A stretch of DNA of 64,000 nt from Tubiluchus corallicola (Eukaryota > Animalia > Priapulida), in assembly GCA_030141605.1 (NCBI GenBank), contig JAQGDQ010001020.1, positions 5,880-69,879 of the forward strand. The letters are read 5' to 3'. Both the position numbers and the translations under genes were made by a program. Within the stretch, counting starts at the first letter, position 1; each line of letters begins with the position of its first letter. The notes under the pieces are model-generated. The model was not told the origin of the DNA and searched no databases. It worked only from the letters and a program-made list of their open reading frames with translations. This document shows, in pieces, positions 36,050-49,341 of the stretch.

Positions 36050-39000
36050 CACTAGTTGCACTCGTATGCAGTTTTATAAAATGCTTTGCAAGAGAGTCAC
36101 CTCCAGAGTGAGCAGTTTTACCCAACTAATGACTATAAGATAATGAACGTGGAAAGAACAGAGGTAGTGTTATGAACAGGAGTTGAGGAAGTAGGGGACG
36201 TGGACGCAGCCGGTACGTTACTGCTCGGACGTGGAAAGAACAGAGGTAGTGTTATGAACAGGAGTTGAGGAAGTAGGGGACGTGGACGCAGCCGGTACGT
36301 TACTGCTCGGACGTGGAAAGAACAGAGGTAGTGTTATGAACAGGAGTTGAGGAAGTAGGGGACGTGGACGCAGCCGGTATGTTACTGCTCGGACGTGGAA
36401 AGAACAGAGATAGTGTTATGAACAGGAGTTGAGGAAGTAGGGGACGTGGACGCAGCCGGTACGTTACTGCTCGATGTTATGAACAGGAGTTGAGGAAGTA
36501 GGGGACGTGGACGCAGCCGGTACGTTACTGCTCGAACGTGGAAAGAACAGAGGTAGTGTTATGAACAGGAGTTGAGGAAGCAGGGGACGTGGACGCAGCC
36601 GGTACGTTACTGCTCAAACGTGGAAAGAACAGAGGTAGTGTTATGAACAGGAGTTGAGGAAGTAGGGGACGTGGACGCAGCCGGTACGTTACTGCTCAGA
36701 CGTGAAAAGAACAGAGGTAGTGTTATGAACAGGAGTTGAGGAAGTAGGGGACGTGGACGCAGCCGGTACGTTACTGCTCGGACGTGAAAAGAACAGAGGT
36801 AGTGTTATGAACAGGAGTTGAGGAAGTAGGGGACGTGGACGCAGCCCGTACGTTACTGCTCGGATGTGGAAAGAACAGAGGTAGTGTTATGAACAGGAGT
36901 TGAGGAAGTAGGGGACGTGGACGCAGCCCGTACGTTACTGCTCGGATGTGGAAAGAACAGAGATAGTGTTATGAACAGGAGTTGAGGAAGTAGGGGACGT
37001 AGACACAGCCGGTACGTTACTAATCGGACGTGGAAAGAACAGAGGTAGTGTTATGAACAGGAGTTGAGGAAGTAGGGGACGTGGACGCAGCCGGTACGTT
37101 ACTGCTCGGACGTGAAAAGAACAGAGGTAGTGTTATGAACAGGAGTTGAGGAAGTAGGGGACGTGGACGCAGCCGGTACGTTACTGCTCGGACGTGGAAA
37201 GAACAGAGGTAGTGTTATGAACAGGAGTTGAGGAAGTAGGGGACGTGGACGCAGCCGGTACGTTACTGCTCGGACGTGGAAAGAACAGATGTAGTGTTAT
37301 GAACAGGAGTTGAGAAAGTGGGGAACGTGGACACAGCCGGTACGTCACTAATCGGACGTGGAAAGAACAGAGGTAGTGTTGTGAACAGGAGTTGAGGAAG
37401 TAGGGGACGTGGACGCAGCCGGTACGTTACTGCTCAGACGTGGAAAGAACAGAGGTAGTGTTATGAACAGGAGTTGAGGAAGCAGGGGACGTGGACGCAG
37501 CCGGTACGTTACTGCTCGAATGTGGAAAGAACAGAGGTAGTGTTATGAACAGGAGTTGAGGAAGTAGGGGACGTGGACGCAGCCGGTACGTTACTGCTCG
37601 GACGTGAAAAGAACAGAGGTAGTGTTATGAACAGGAGTTGAGGAAGTAGGGGACGTGGACGCAGCCCGTACGTTACTGCTCGGATGTGGAAAGAACAGAG
37701 GTAGTGTTATGAACAGGAGTTGAGGAAGTAGGGGACGTGGACGCAGCCTGTACGTTACTGCTCGGATGTGGAAAGAACAGAGATAGTGTTATGAACAGGA
37801 GTTGAGGAAGTAGGGGACGTAGACACAGCCGGTACATTACTAATCGGACGTGGAAAGAACAGAGGTAGTGTTATGAACAGGAGTTGAGGAAGTAGGGGAC
37901 GTGGACGCAGCCGGTACGTTACTGCTCGGACGTGAAAAGAACAGAGGTAGTGTTATGAACAGGAGTTGAGGAAGTAGGGGACGTGGACGCAGCCGGTACG
38001 TTACTGCTCGGACGTGGAAAGAACAGAGGTAGTGTTATGAACAGGAGTTGAGGAAGTAGGGGACGTGGACGCAGCCGGTACGTTACTGCTCGGACGTGGA
38101 AAGAACAGAGGTAGTGTTATGAACAGGAGTTGAGGAAGTAGGGGACGTGGACGCAGCCGGTACGTTACTGCTCGGACGTGGAAAGAACAGAGGTAGTGTT
38201 ATGAACAGGAGTTGAGGAAGTGGGGGACGTGGACGCAGCCGGTACGTTACTACTCGGACGTGGAAAGAACAGAGGTAGTGTTATGAACAGGAGTTGAAAA
38301 CACCACCACACCCAAAAAACAAAAAACAAGGAAGTAGGGGACGTGGACGCAGCCGGTACGTTACTACTCGGACGTGGAAAGAACAGAGGTAGTGTTATGA
38401 ACAGGAGTTGAGGAAGTAGGGGACGTGGACGCAGCCGGTACGTTACTGCTCGGATGTAAAAACAAAAACAAAAAACACCACCCACCAAAAACAAAAAACA
38501 AGAAGTAGGGGACGTGACCAGCCGGTACGTTACTATCGGACGTGGAAAGAACAGAGGTAGTGTTATGAACAGGAGTTGAGGAAGTAGGGGACGTGGACGC
38601 AGCCGGTACGTTACTGCTCGGATGTGGAAAGAACAGAGGTAGTGTTATGAACAGGAGTTGAGGAAGTAGGGGACGTGGATGCAGCCGGTACGTTACTGCT
38701 CGGATGTGGAAAGAACAGAGGTAGTGTTATGAACAGGAGTTGAGGAAGTGGGGGACGTGGACGCAGCCGGTACGTTATTGCTCGGATGTGGAAAGAACAG
38801 AGGTAGTGTTATGAACAGGAGTTGAGGAAGTGGGGGACGTGGACGCAGCCGGTACGTTACTACTCGGATGTGGAAAGAACAGAGATAGTGTTATGAACAG
38901 GAGTTGAGGAAGTAGGGGACGTGGACGCAGCCGGTACGTTACTGTTCGGACGTGGAAAGAACAGAGATAGTGTTATGAACAGGAGTTGAGGAAGTAGGGG

Positions 39001-39558
39001 ACGTGGATGCAGCCGGTACGTTACTACTCGGATGTAGAAAGAACAGAGGTAGTGTTATGAACAGGAGTTGAGGAAGTAGGGGACGTGGACGCAGCCGGTA
39101 CGTTACTGTTCAGAATGTGAGTAACAGATGTGATGATTGTGGTGTAAATCAGAGAAGGAAAAGCAAGCGTTTCACTAGGAAGTCAAGTGAAAAGGTGGTA
39201 CAAGTTGGAAGTACGCCGTTGCTAATTAAGTACCTCATAGACAACTGCAATTTTTGTGGGAGTGTGATGTGTGGAAAGTGCGCAAACAAACGCTGCCATA
39301 TTTATATTCAATTGAACTTTATTTTATTTATCTCTTTATAATGCTACAATAAAACATGATTAATAAAGAATCTCTAATAAGTTTTGAAGAATGGTTAAAA
39401 TACATGGTTAAAATATTGCATCAGTTTCAGTTTTGTATGTATTCAATCAACAATTTGATGTATCGCTGAATATTATATAAAATTAGCATGATAACTGTTT
39501 TATTTTACATAGAGATAAAAGAATACGTCAATTGACGCATGCTGGTCCTTCTAGGTTG
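36050..39558 (+). mobile_element. Degenerate piggyBac-like 3' portion enclosing an 82-bp satellite
   Basis: Before the array TRMQFYKMLCKRV; after it RCDDC...RRK...CNFC..VMCGKC (cysteine-rich C-terminal domain pattern); terminus cgtcaattgacgca...ttctaggtt resembles a piggyBac end. Confidence 0.5.
36146..39113. repeat. 82-bp satellite, about 36 copies
   Basis: Unit gtggaaagaacagaggtagtgttatgaacaggagttgaggaagtaggggacgtggacgcagccggtacgttactgctcggac (starts 36149, 36231). Confidence 0.96.
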
Positions 39559-39651
39559 TGGACTTTACCAGTCCTTCTAGTTTTAATCAATCATAAGTTA
39601 CAGAAGAAACAATCCTCACGCAAACCTGAGACGACACATTTTGTTGCTATT

Positions 39652-40500
39652 TTACCGGCATTTAACAATCTTCTTGAATGCTGCTCTAAATTTACTGTTT
39701 GTTGCTGCGTATATGAAAGGGTTGACTGCACTGTTCAAGAAAACTATACATACTACTACTCTGAAAGCGTCTTCTGATATACACAAAGGACATCTTATTA
39801 AGATTGTTAAAACGATTAAGATGGGACCCCAACAAATGAAAAATGCAGTAGTGATTATAGTTAAAGTTTTTGTTGCTTTCATGTCTGTCACTCTTGTTCC
39901 AGTTTGTTGGTTTTGATCGCGAATTTGCAAGATTTGCATTCTTGCTGCCCGCCATATTAATGTGTACAATGAAACTATAGCTGTTGTTGCTAAATAAGTC
40001 AAAATACTGGTAAGAATCGTGCTGTCGTCTATTAGTTCTATGTATGCTGAACTGATTCCCGAGAGCCATGTAATGGATAATAACATGCTCAATGTTCTCT
40101 TTGTAAAATAAGTGTTGTATTTGTAAGGATGCAAAATGGCTACATATCTCTCGACAGCAATTAAGCACAAGTGTATTAGGCTGCAGTTTCTAGCAGCCAA
40201 GGCAACAAAATTTTCAACACTGTAATGTGTAAAATTAACACGTGCAACACTGACAATTCCAATAGGCAGTGATATCAATCCACATAGCAGATCTGTTACA
40301 GCAAGGGATGCGATCAGTGCACTCGTTCTTGTTTGCAACTGCTCATACTTGTAAATTGCAACTAAGACAAGCAAGTTTCCAGCAACTATAATAACGATCA
40401 ACCATGCTAGGAATGTTTGGCATACTAGGATAAACAAACTTTTGTTGGTATGTAGTTCATTAGTGGTGTTTCCTACCTTTGTGTAATTTTCTGTTAACAT
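39652..40500 (-). CDS. Single-exon class A GPCR, 282 aa
   Basis: GN, LAVTD, ERY, FFICWGP, NSAVNPFIY; paralog of 33304-34194. Confidence 0.93.
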   Translation of the reverse strand: MLTENYTKVGNTTNELHTNKSLFILVCQTFLAWLIVIIVAGNLLVLVAIYKYEQLQTRTSALIASLAVTDLLCGLISLPIGIVSVARVNFTHYSVENFVALAARNCSLIHLCLIAVERYVAILHPYKYNTYFTKRTLSMLLSITWLSGISSAYIELIDDSTILTSILTYLATTAIVSLYTLIWRAARMQILQIRDQNQQTGTRVTDMKATKTLTIITTAFFICWGPILIVLTILIRCPLCISEDAFRVVVCIVFLNSAVNPFIYAATNSKFRAAFKKIVKCR

Positions 40501-41636
40501 TATTAAATGTGATAATTTCTCGGTATCACTAACGTCGTTCTTTCACGCTATTCATTAGAAAAATACAACTCTGTCTAGCAACAGAGAAGCTTTCACACCT
40601 GCTCTATGTCACTGCATGCCAGTCTCTTGTAACATAACAGGACATTATAGAGTGATCACATTCCTAAAATCGATCAGAGCCTTTGTTATAACAGGTAGTA
40701 ACTAATTATAGCATAGTTGGTGACAAAAATATTTATCTAAGGAATCTACATGAGTGTTAAGCTAACTATGAGAACGACTGTATAATTATGGCATTTAGGT
40801 AATGACAAAGACTAAATTTATGTAGATGATGCAATTTAGCAAATTCTGCTCTTTATCGTTTGGCTTGTTTCCTGGCCTATTCATTTCAATTCAATTTTAT
40901 TTTCTCAATAGCAGTTAAAATTCGTCATAGTTATTTTTACATTTCATTGCAGCTGAGAAGGAGCAGGGAAAGACCTATTGGTCACTTGGTCAGCTGCCCC
41001 TTATTAAAAATGCAAGTTTACTCACAGGCTCATGACATTTTTTAGGTGTTTGTGTATATATAAAAGGCAGAAGCAACAAAATCAACTCAAAGCAGAAATG
41101 CAATTCAAAGCATAACAAGGAACAACATCAAGCAAAAAATTAATGAAATTCAATGTAGAGCAAAAAAATAACATCAAACAAAGCAACAAAAATCTACTCA
41201 AAGCAAAAAAAATTGAGTAGAGCCTACATTGTCAGGTTTGAAGGTTAGTGGAACAGCAAGAGGAGACTAACGGCAGCTACGTGGGACATTTAGCAAACGA
41301 ATTTGTTCACATAGAAATAGTGTCAGCCATTTTTGTGAAAGTATTGTGTGTAGAGGTTGGAGGTAATTTAGATGTTTGCAATGCAATCTGAAAGTAACTT
41401 CAGCGTTTTAGAACTTATATAGATTGCAACCACTGTGCAAAGACGATATTGAATTGCAATGGCTGCCCTTATGACAAACGACTCATTGCTAATCTCACTG
41501 TAATTCTAATGGAATAAAAGACTTAGTATGTGAAACACAAAACACATGGAAACTAAATTTCATTAGAAACATAAAATGTGTTTCATTAGTGCAGTAGTCT
41601 TTGAAAGTAGGAATAAATTCTATATATATATATATA

Positions 41637-43903
41637 TAAGAATCAGGACAATTTACCTGAACATACATTGTAAATGCATTAGTAAAGTATATAAACAAAT
41701 TACAGCTTTATTATGTGCGATTTGTTGCATGGATTTATTATGATTATGAGTAGCATTAGGGATAAATTTGTCTAAACAATATTGCTGTCCTTCAAATCAT
41801 TAAAATGACTGAAATATAATTTGATTGTTTGCCTAGCCTTTAGTTTTACGTATGGTTTCTGAAACTGTGACCGAAGCCGACTTGCTATTCCTGATCTATG
41901 ATCTAGTTTTTCCAATACACATAACTGGGATAGATACTTGTAGAATCGTGCTGGATGTCCGAAATCGTCGAAGTACTTAATCAAATTTTCGGTTAGATGT
42001 ACCCCTTTCCCGCGTGTTAAGTCAGATGACAAATAGCAACGAATTTACCTTTTAGTGTTAAATCCATCATTTAACCCAAATCTCCACATTTTTATTTTTC
42101 CTTATTTTTTCTCAATGGAAACACTTGTTAAAAATTATGTGGTTAGATGGAGAATTTCTCAGGCTTTCTAACATTGGACAACGAGATAAATTTTGTTGCC
42201 ATGATCACTTGCAATAATTGGTAAAACTAGTATGTGTAGGTGAGTTTTGGTTATTGTTTCAACTACGGCTTTTTTAATATTAAATAGCAATGGTTGATAT
42301 TTGGGCAAAATACATACAAGAGTCTTACCATCAAAACCTCTATAAACAATATATATATATATATATATATTAAATGATTATAATCATGTCGTCATTGTTG
42401 TCTAAAGACATATGTGTTAGTTACGTGCTGTCTAGTGATGGTGAACACCTAATCATTTGTGCCCAAATTTCGCTCTAAGGCCATTCGTTTACTTGCATTG
42501 TTTACAGCGGTTTTGATGGTAAGACTCTCGTGTATATTTTACCCAAATATCAACCATTGGTATTTAATATTAAATAAGCCGTAGTTGAAACAATAACCAA
42601 AACTCACCTACTATCGAACAGCCACGGTGTCCAGTCTAATGCTAAATCAGTACTTGTATTATTATATAATTCTCTTTCTTACCATATCTTAATAATTCAA
42701 ACATTATTTGGGGAAGCACAAGCACCAATCGATTGAAAAAAATTAATCTGATTCAGAAGAAAATAGTGCGAGCTATAACATTAACATAACGTTATAGACT
42801 TAACTATCACTACATACAGTGCAACACTAATGTTAGAAAATTTTCTATTAAATACAATGGCCCTTACATATGGAATTCAATTGCTCCAGCTATTAAAAAT
42901 GCCAACTCGCTGTCCATATTTAAAAAAAATTATAAATTAAACTTACTTGAAACATATAACTGATCACTCAATCATGATTTGTTGTTTTTCATTTTCAAAA
43001 ACTTCCCCTCTAGTATAATAATATTTTTATTACTTCCCACCCGTATATATATCTGTATATATTGTAATATTGTATCTGTATATATTGTAATTTTTTTTCG
43101 CAACTAATTCTAGTGGCCTACCATAAGCTAGCTTCTTAGGTCTCTAGCGCAGAATTCATGAATTGTATCACATTTTTGTATTAACAAAAACTGATTATCC
43201 ATGCACATGTAATGTATATGTGTATGTTTATTGGGAAATAAATTTATTAAATCTAAATCTAAATCTAGTGCGCACATACTAGTTTTACCAATTATTGCAA
43301 GTGATCATGGCAACAAAATTTATCTCGTTGCCCAATGTTAGAAAGCCTGAGAAATTCTCCATCTAACCACCTAATTTTTTAACAAGTGTTTTCACTGAGA
43401 AAAAAGAAGGAAAAATAAAAATGTGGAGATTTGCGTCAAATGATGGATTTAACACTAAAAGATAAATTCGTTGCAATTTGCTCGTTTCTCGCAAAAACCT
43501 GCCTCCAAACTATGTCATCTGACCTAACACGTGGGAAAGGGGTACACATCTAACCGAAAATTTGATTAAGTACTTCAACGATTTCGGACATCCAGCACGA
43601 TTCTACAAGCATATATCCCAGTTATGTGCATGGGAAAAACTAGATCATAGATCAGGAATAGGCTTCGGTCACAGTTTCAGAAACCATACGTAAAACTAAA
43701 GGCTAGGCAAACAAACAAATTATATTTCAGTCATTTTAATGATTTGAAGGACAGCAATATTGTTTAGATAAATTTATCCCTATTGCTACTCATAATCATA
43801 ATAAATTCATGCAAAAAATCGCACATAATAAAGCTGTAATTTGTTTCTATACTTTACTAATCCATTTACAATGTATGTTCAGGTAAATTGTCCTGATTCT
43901 TCA
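41637..43903. repeat. Long inverted duplication (left arm about 41637-42348; right arm about 42497-43903, split by a LINE)
   Basis: The left arm is the reverse complement of the GPCR downstream flank; it is bounded by (TA)n at 41621-41638 and 42349-42370. Confidence 0.88.
42612..43267 (+). mobile_element. 5'-truncated CR1/L2-group LINE inserted in the right arm
   Basis: IQKKIVRAI...RKFSIKYNGPYIWNSI...IKNANSLSIFKKNYK; AATAAA plus (aaatct)n tail; absent from the left arm. Confidence 0.8.
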
Positions 43904-44142
43904 CATTATTACATAATTGCAATTTTAACATTTGTTTACGAGTTCCGGTTTCTCTTTCTTTAGGTCTGGTTTCTTATGTTTTGAGTTTTAGTTGCACAGT
44001 TTGGTTTTCATAATTCCAAAATCATTCCAGTAGATTTCGTTTTGATTAGACGCATTTGACAAAGTAACACTTCGTCAATCATAAGTTACAGAAATGTATC
44101 CCTCAAGCAAACATGAGACAACATATTATTTTGTTGCTATTT

Positions 44143-44997
44143 TTACCGGCATCTAAGAATCTTCTTGAATGCTCTCCTAAATTTACTGTTTGTTGCTGCA
44201 TATATGAAAGGGTTGATGGCACTGTTCACACAAGTCATCCATACTACTATTTTTAGAGCAATTCGTGATGTGCACAATGGACACCTTACGTAGACTGGTG
44301 ACACAATTAAGATGAGACCCCAACAAATGAAAAAGGCAACGTTAACTATAGTTAAAGTTTTTGTTGCTTTCATTTCCATCACTTTCGTTCTAGTTTGTTG
44401 GATTTGATCACGAATTTGCAAAATTTGCTTTCTTGCTGCCCGCCATATTAACGAATAAAGTAAAAGTATCACTGTTGTTAATGAAAGAATCAAAGTATTA
44501 GTAACAATCGTGCTGTCGTCTACCATTTCTATGCACGCTAAAATAATGTCAGAAAGCCACGTAATGGATTATAGCATTCTCAATGTTCTCTTTGTAAAAT
44601 AAATGTTGTATTTGTAAGGTTGCAAAATGGCTACATATCTCTCAACAGCAATTAAGCACAAGTGTAGTATGCTGCAGTCTAGAGCAACCAATGCAACAAA
44701 ATCTTCAACGTTGTAATCTTGTCTAGCATATATTACATCAACAATTTCAATAGGCAGTGATATCAGTCCACAGAGCAGATCTGTTACAGCAAGGGATGCA
44801 ATCAGTGCATTCGTTCTTGTTTGCAACTGCTCATACTTGTAAACCGCAATTAAAACTAGCAAGTTTCCAGTAACTATAATGACTATAATAACAGCCAACC
44901 ACACTAAAATTATCACAACCACCAATGTAGACCAATTTTCGTGTAGATGCAGGGTGCCAGTTGTGTTTTCCACTGTACTGTAATTGTCACGTAGCAT
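44143..44997 (-). pseudogene. Class A GPCR pseudogene (single in-frame TAA at 44569-44571), chimeric
   Basis: ORFs 44569-44997 and 44143-44526 are in the same frame; TAA replaces a Leu (TTA in paralogs) at the start of TM4. Confidence 0.9.
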
Positions 44998-45006
44998 TGT
45001 TATATG

Positions 45007-45156
45007 TTACCATTTCACATGAACACCAACGTTTCCGGCAATTGTGATGATGGTCAACCATGCTAGGAATGCTGCAGCAGTCAGAATAAACCAATCTTTC
45101 TCATAATACGCTTCATCGGCTGTTTTTCCTATTGTAGTGTTATTTTCAGAAGGCAT
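45007..45156 (-). pseudogene. Orphan GPCR N-terminus plus TM1 stub (49 aa)
   Basis: MPSENNTTIGKTADEAYYEKDWFILTAAAFLAWLTIITIAGN then VGVHVKW*; closely matches the N-terminus of 56600-57457. Confidence 0.85.
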
Positions 45157-45188
45157 TGTCAAATGCTGTCACTTAACCGTAACACTAA

Positions 45189-46700
45189 CGACATGTTTAG
45201 ACTGGTGTCTGTTGCGAGTTTACTATCTGACAGTAAACTCGCAGGTGTGAACTAACTTGCGAGTTACTGTCGGCAAGTTACTGGAAACTCTTCAACAGCT
45301 GCTGCGAGGTGATATCGTGTGAGAAACCGTGTAGTGTGAAACACCTCAACAAGTTACTCTCGATACTTTTGCAGTGAATGGTGAAAGTCCCGTGAGAGAC
45401 CATGTAGTGTGAAACACCTCAACTAGTTACTTTCGATACTCTTGCAGTGAATGTTGAAGGTCACGTTACAGACCATGTAGTGTGAAACACCTCAGCAAGT
45501 TACTTTCGATACTTTTGCAGTGAGTGGTGAAGGTCACGTGACAGACCATGTAGTGTGAAACACCTCAACAAGTTACTTTCGATACTCTTGCAGTGAATGG
45601 TGAAGGTCCAGCGACAGACCATGTAGTGTGAAACACCTCAACAAGTTACTTTCGATGATTTTGCAGTGAATGGTGAAGGTCCCGTGAGAGACCATGTAGT
45701 GTGAAACACCCTCAACAAGTTACTTTCGATACTTCTTGCAGTGAATGGTGAAAGTCCCGTGAGAGACCATATAGTGTGAAACACCTCAACAAGTTACTTT
45801 CGATACTTCTTGCAGTGAACGGTGAAGGTCACGTGACAAACCATGTAGTGTGAAACACCTCAACAAGTTACTTTCGATACTTTTGCAGTGAATGGTGAAG
45901 GTCACGTGACAGACCATGTCGTGTGAAACACCTGAACAAGTTACTTTCGATACTTTTGCAGTGAATGTTGAAGGTCACGTGAGAAACCACGTAGTGTGAA
46001 ACACCCCAACAAGTTACTTTCGATACTTTTGCAGTGAATGGTGAAAGTCACGTGAGAAACCATGTAGTGTGAAACACCTCAACAAATTACTTTCGATACT
46101 TCTTGTAGTGAATGGTGAAGGTCACGTGACAAACCATGTAGTGTGAAACACCTCAACAAGTTACTTTCGATACTTTTGCAGTGAATGGTGAAGGTCACGT
46201 GAGAGACCATGTAGTGTGAAACACCTCAACAAGTTACTTTCGATACTTTTGCAGTGAATGGTGAAAGTCCAGTGACAGACCATGTAGTGTGAAACACCTC
46301 AGCAAGTTACTTTCGATACTTTTGCAGTGAATGGTGAAAGTCACGTGACAGACCATGTAGTGTGAAACACCTCAACAAGTTACTTTCGATACTTTTGCAG
46401 TGAATGGTGAAGGTCACGTGACAGACCATGTAGTGTGAAACACCCCAACAAGTTACTTTCGATACTTTTGCAGTGAATGGTGAAAGTCCAGTGACAGACC
46501 ATGTAGTGTGAAACACCTCAGCAAGTTACTTTCGATACTTTTGCAGTGAATGGTGAAAGTCACGTGACAGACCATGTAGTGTGAAACACCTCAACAAGTT
46601 ACTTTCGATACTTTCGCAGTGAATGGTGAAGAGATCATCAGCTTCCACTTACTGTAGCAGAGTACTCGTAGTAAGTTTTCCTCACTAGTCTGAACACGTT
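45189..46700. mobile_element. TIR-bounded non-autonomous element (PIF/Harbinger-like termini) carrying a 73-bp array
   Basis: acatgtttagactggtg ... cactagtctgaacacgt imperfect TIRs; flanks rejoin homology with the upstream region of 57457. Confidence 0.6.
45325..46630. repeat. 73-bp tandem array, about 18 copies
   Basis: Unit gaccatgtagtgtgaaacacctcaacaagttactttcgatacttttgcagtgaatggtgaaggtcacgtgaca. Confidence 0.95.
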
Positions 46701-48305
46701 TGCGAGAAATGTAACAATTTGGTGGAAAACAAAATTCTGCACACATGAGTCGTGTATGACATGTATGTTTGTTGCTAAACAGGCATGCGCATGCGCATTG
46801 TACACATTCATAATAGCTGTTTATGCAATTTGTTAAGTCATTTATAACAGTTTCTGTTATAAGCACATTTTTAATTGGTAGCAGCAATTTGCATGTTTGC
46901 TCTGATGGTTTGTAGAAAAATATGAGTCAATGTGACAATATGACAGTCAGTAAATGATGTGGATGTTTATCTAAACAAGTTCTAAACAGGAGTGACATGC
47001 AAACCTTTGGCTATAATGTACTTTTGCTTTTTAACAAAATATGAGTTTATATGCATTAATAAGCATAACGAGCTATTTGTCCTTCAGGTTCGCATGCCAG
47101 GTCTAAAGCCAGTTGCAAAACAGTGGTGTTATCATAATCAAGTTATCTTAATTTTACATACTATTAACAAATAATAGTCTTTCTATCTTTTATATCATCT
47201 CATATATGAGCTTCATTCATTACATCATTCCATTTTAAGCACTAATGTTTTTTTATCATACGATTCACTTTAAATTTTCAGATTATTTCCATTACTTTTT
47301 TTCTTTCACTGTGTGGGACAATCTAACAAGCCCTGCTTTTTGATTCCCTCAACACATTTACCTTCGTGTATAAGTGAACAGTGTTTGAGGCTTTTCCTGT
47401 GCAGTATTTCTGATTTGTATTACGTTCATTGTAGGCCCTTTCACTAGTTATTGTACATGAAACTATTGTAAATGTGTAATGTGAAATAAATGACTTATGA
47501 CTTATGGACTTAAAGCCAATTAGATAACAAATTCAACAGAATTAAACCTAAAAAATAACAGGCATTATAGCGCAAATTAGTTTTGCGAAAGTGTCGCTCA
47601 TAATCTGAAATAGCAGATGAAAAGGAACAGAAAGTTGCTGTAGTAAGGGACATTCTCATTCCATTGGTTTTCATCAATTGTGATTTGCTCACTAAATCGC
47701 TGGATTCTGCTACTATCTTTCTTTAATTATCAATAAACAATTGCAAGCAAATTTACTAATTTACTAGATTAACAAATGAGTATGAGCCTATGCTGCTGGA
47801 GGGTGGTTCCTGTAAACTGTTAGCAATATACGCCATATGCTCCTACTACCCCCCCCCACTTTTATGTATATATTATTATTATTACTTCAATTATTAATCA
47901 CTTCTTTAAGATTTCCACGTACAGTTTGGCCTGTCAAGCTATGCTTTTAGGCTCAAACTGTATGCATCAAAATTACTCTGTAATGTAATTTGCACATGTA
48001 TATGCTGCATAAGAATCTCTTTTGTAATTTCTGGATAATATTGCATTTATATTTATATTTACTTCAGTGAAATTATCTGTATTTTTATTATAACTGTTAG
48101 ATGCAGAGTGGAAATAAATAAACTTATAACTTATAACTGTCCGTGTTGTCAAACATTTGTATTTGATTGAGATTTCAGCTTTGAGTAGTGTGTGCTTCTC
48201 AGTGGTGGGGAACCACTTTGCATCTCCGAAACATCCACAGAAACGAGTCATTTTGCAATCCCACATAAGATAACAGCACCAGACTTTAGCAGCCGTCACT
48301 AGCTG

Positions 48306-48343
<38 letters not shown>

Positions 48344-49341
48344 GACTATATATTGGCTATATATATATATATATATAGTCAGCGTGACATATTTTGGAAA
48401 AAGGATAACCACAAGTTTTGTTCAAGTTAATCTGCCAGCTGCCTGCAACTTTTCATGATCATGGTAAACGCAGCATGTAAAAGGGCGTTGGCTATTCCAT
48501 AGCTGTGACTACTGTCGTGAAATTTGGGCTTCACGATTCACCTGCCGTAAAGAAGCCATTGTGAATTAATTTACGCATTGCTGTAGGAACTGGTTTGAGG
48601 AGTAACTTGGGTTGAAATAGGAGGTTAGTTGTTGAGTTGACATGGAACAGAAAAAATGTATATTGCGCTATCGAGAAAAGAATCAATTTAGCGTTATGGG
48701 AGAAGGAAAAGTTCTCGTTTTTGTTTTACTGTCGTCGCAAAGGTCAACACGACAACTACTGTCCACCTCACGTGGAGCTCAGTACCTGGACTGATAATTG
48801 TCTTTGCAATTACCTCGCATGCTTTTCCTTGTTCATCATGTGTTTTTACAGATATGAGCACACTTTTTAAAAACTTACATTGATTATAATAAAAGTGCGC
48901 AATACATAACAAAAAGATTTGCAGCTTGTTTCTATACCTGCACGTGCTACAATAAATAATCAAAGTGTTTTGAAGCAATCACAAAAAGTTTTATTTTAAA
49001 TTCAATATTACAGAAAAAGTAAAAGTCGTGGCGATTTCTTCGCTTCCGATGAATACACTAAAAAACGTGTTTAATTCTGATTGGCTGACCTACTAAATGC
49101 ATATAACGAAGCCAAGTTTTACAGCCAATTCTAAATAAGTACAACCTTAGATTAAAGGGCAAGCAGAGAGAAATCTTCCGAACACAAAGGACTTCTGATT
49201 CTGCAGATTCACGGCTACAGAGTGGTTCACATTTTCAGACGTTCTTTCTTGAGGTTTGGCTCTGTTTTGTTTGAATTTTAGTTGCACATCCATTTGTTGG
49301 GTTTTTGCATCACGTTTTGCCTTATCTGGATGCAAAACAAT

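Noticed and set aside
38297-38502. A/C-only inserts within the 82-bp array (also 31838-31895) as spacers
   Set aside because: Pure A/C low-complexity runs that look like long-read consensus noise; need read-level confirmation.
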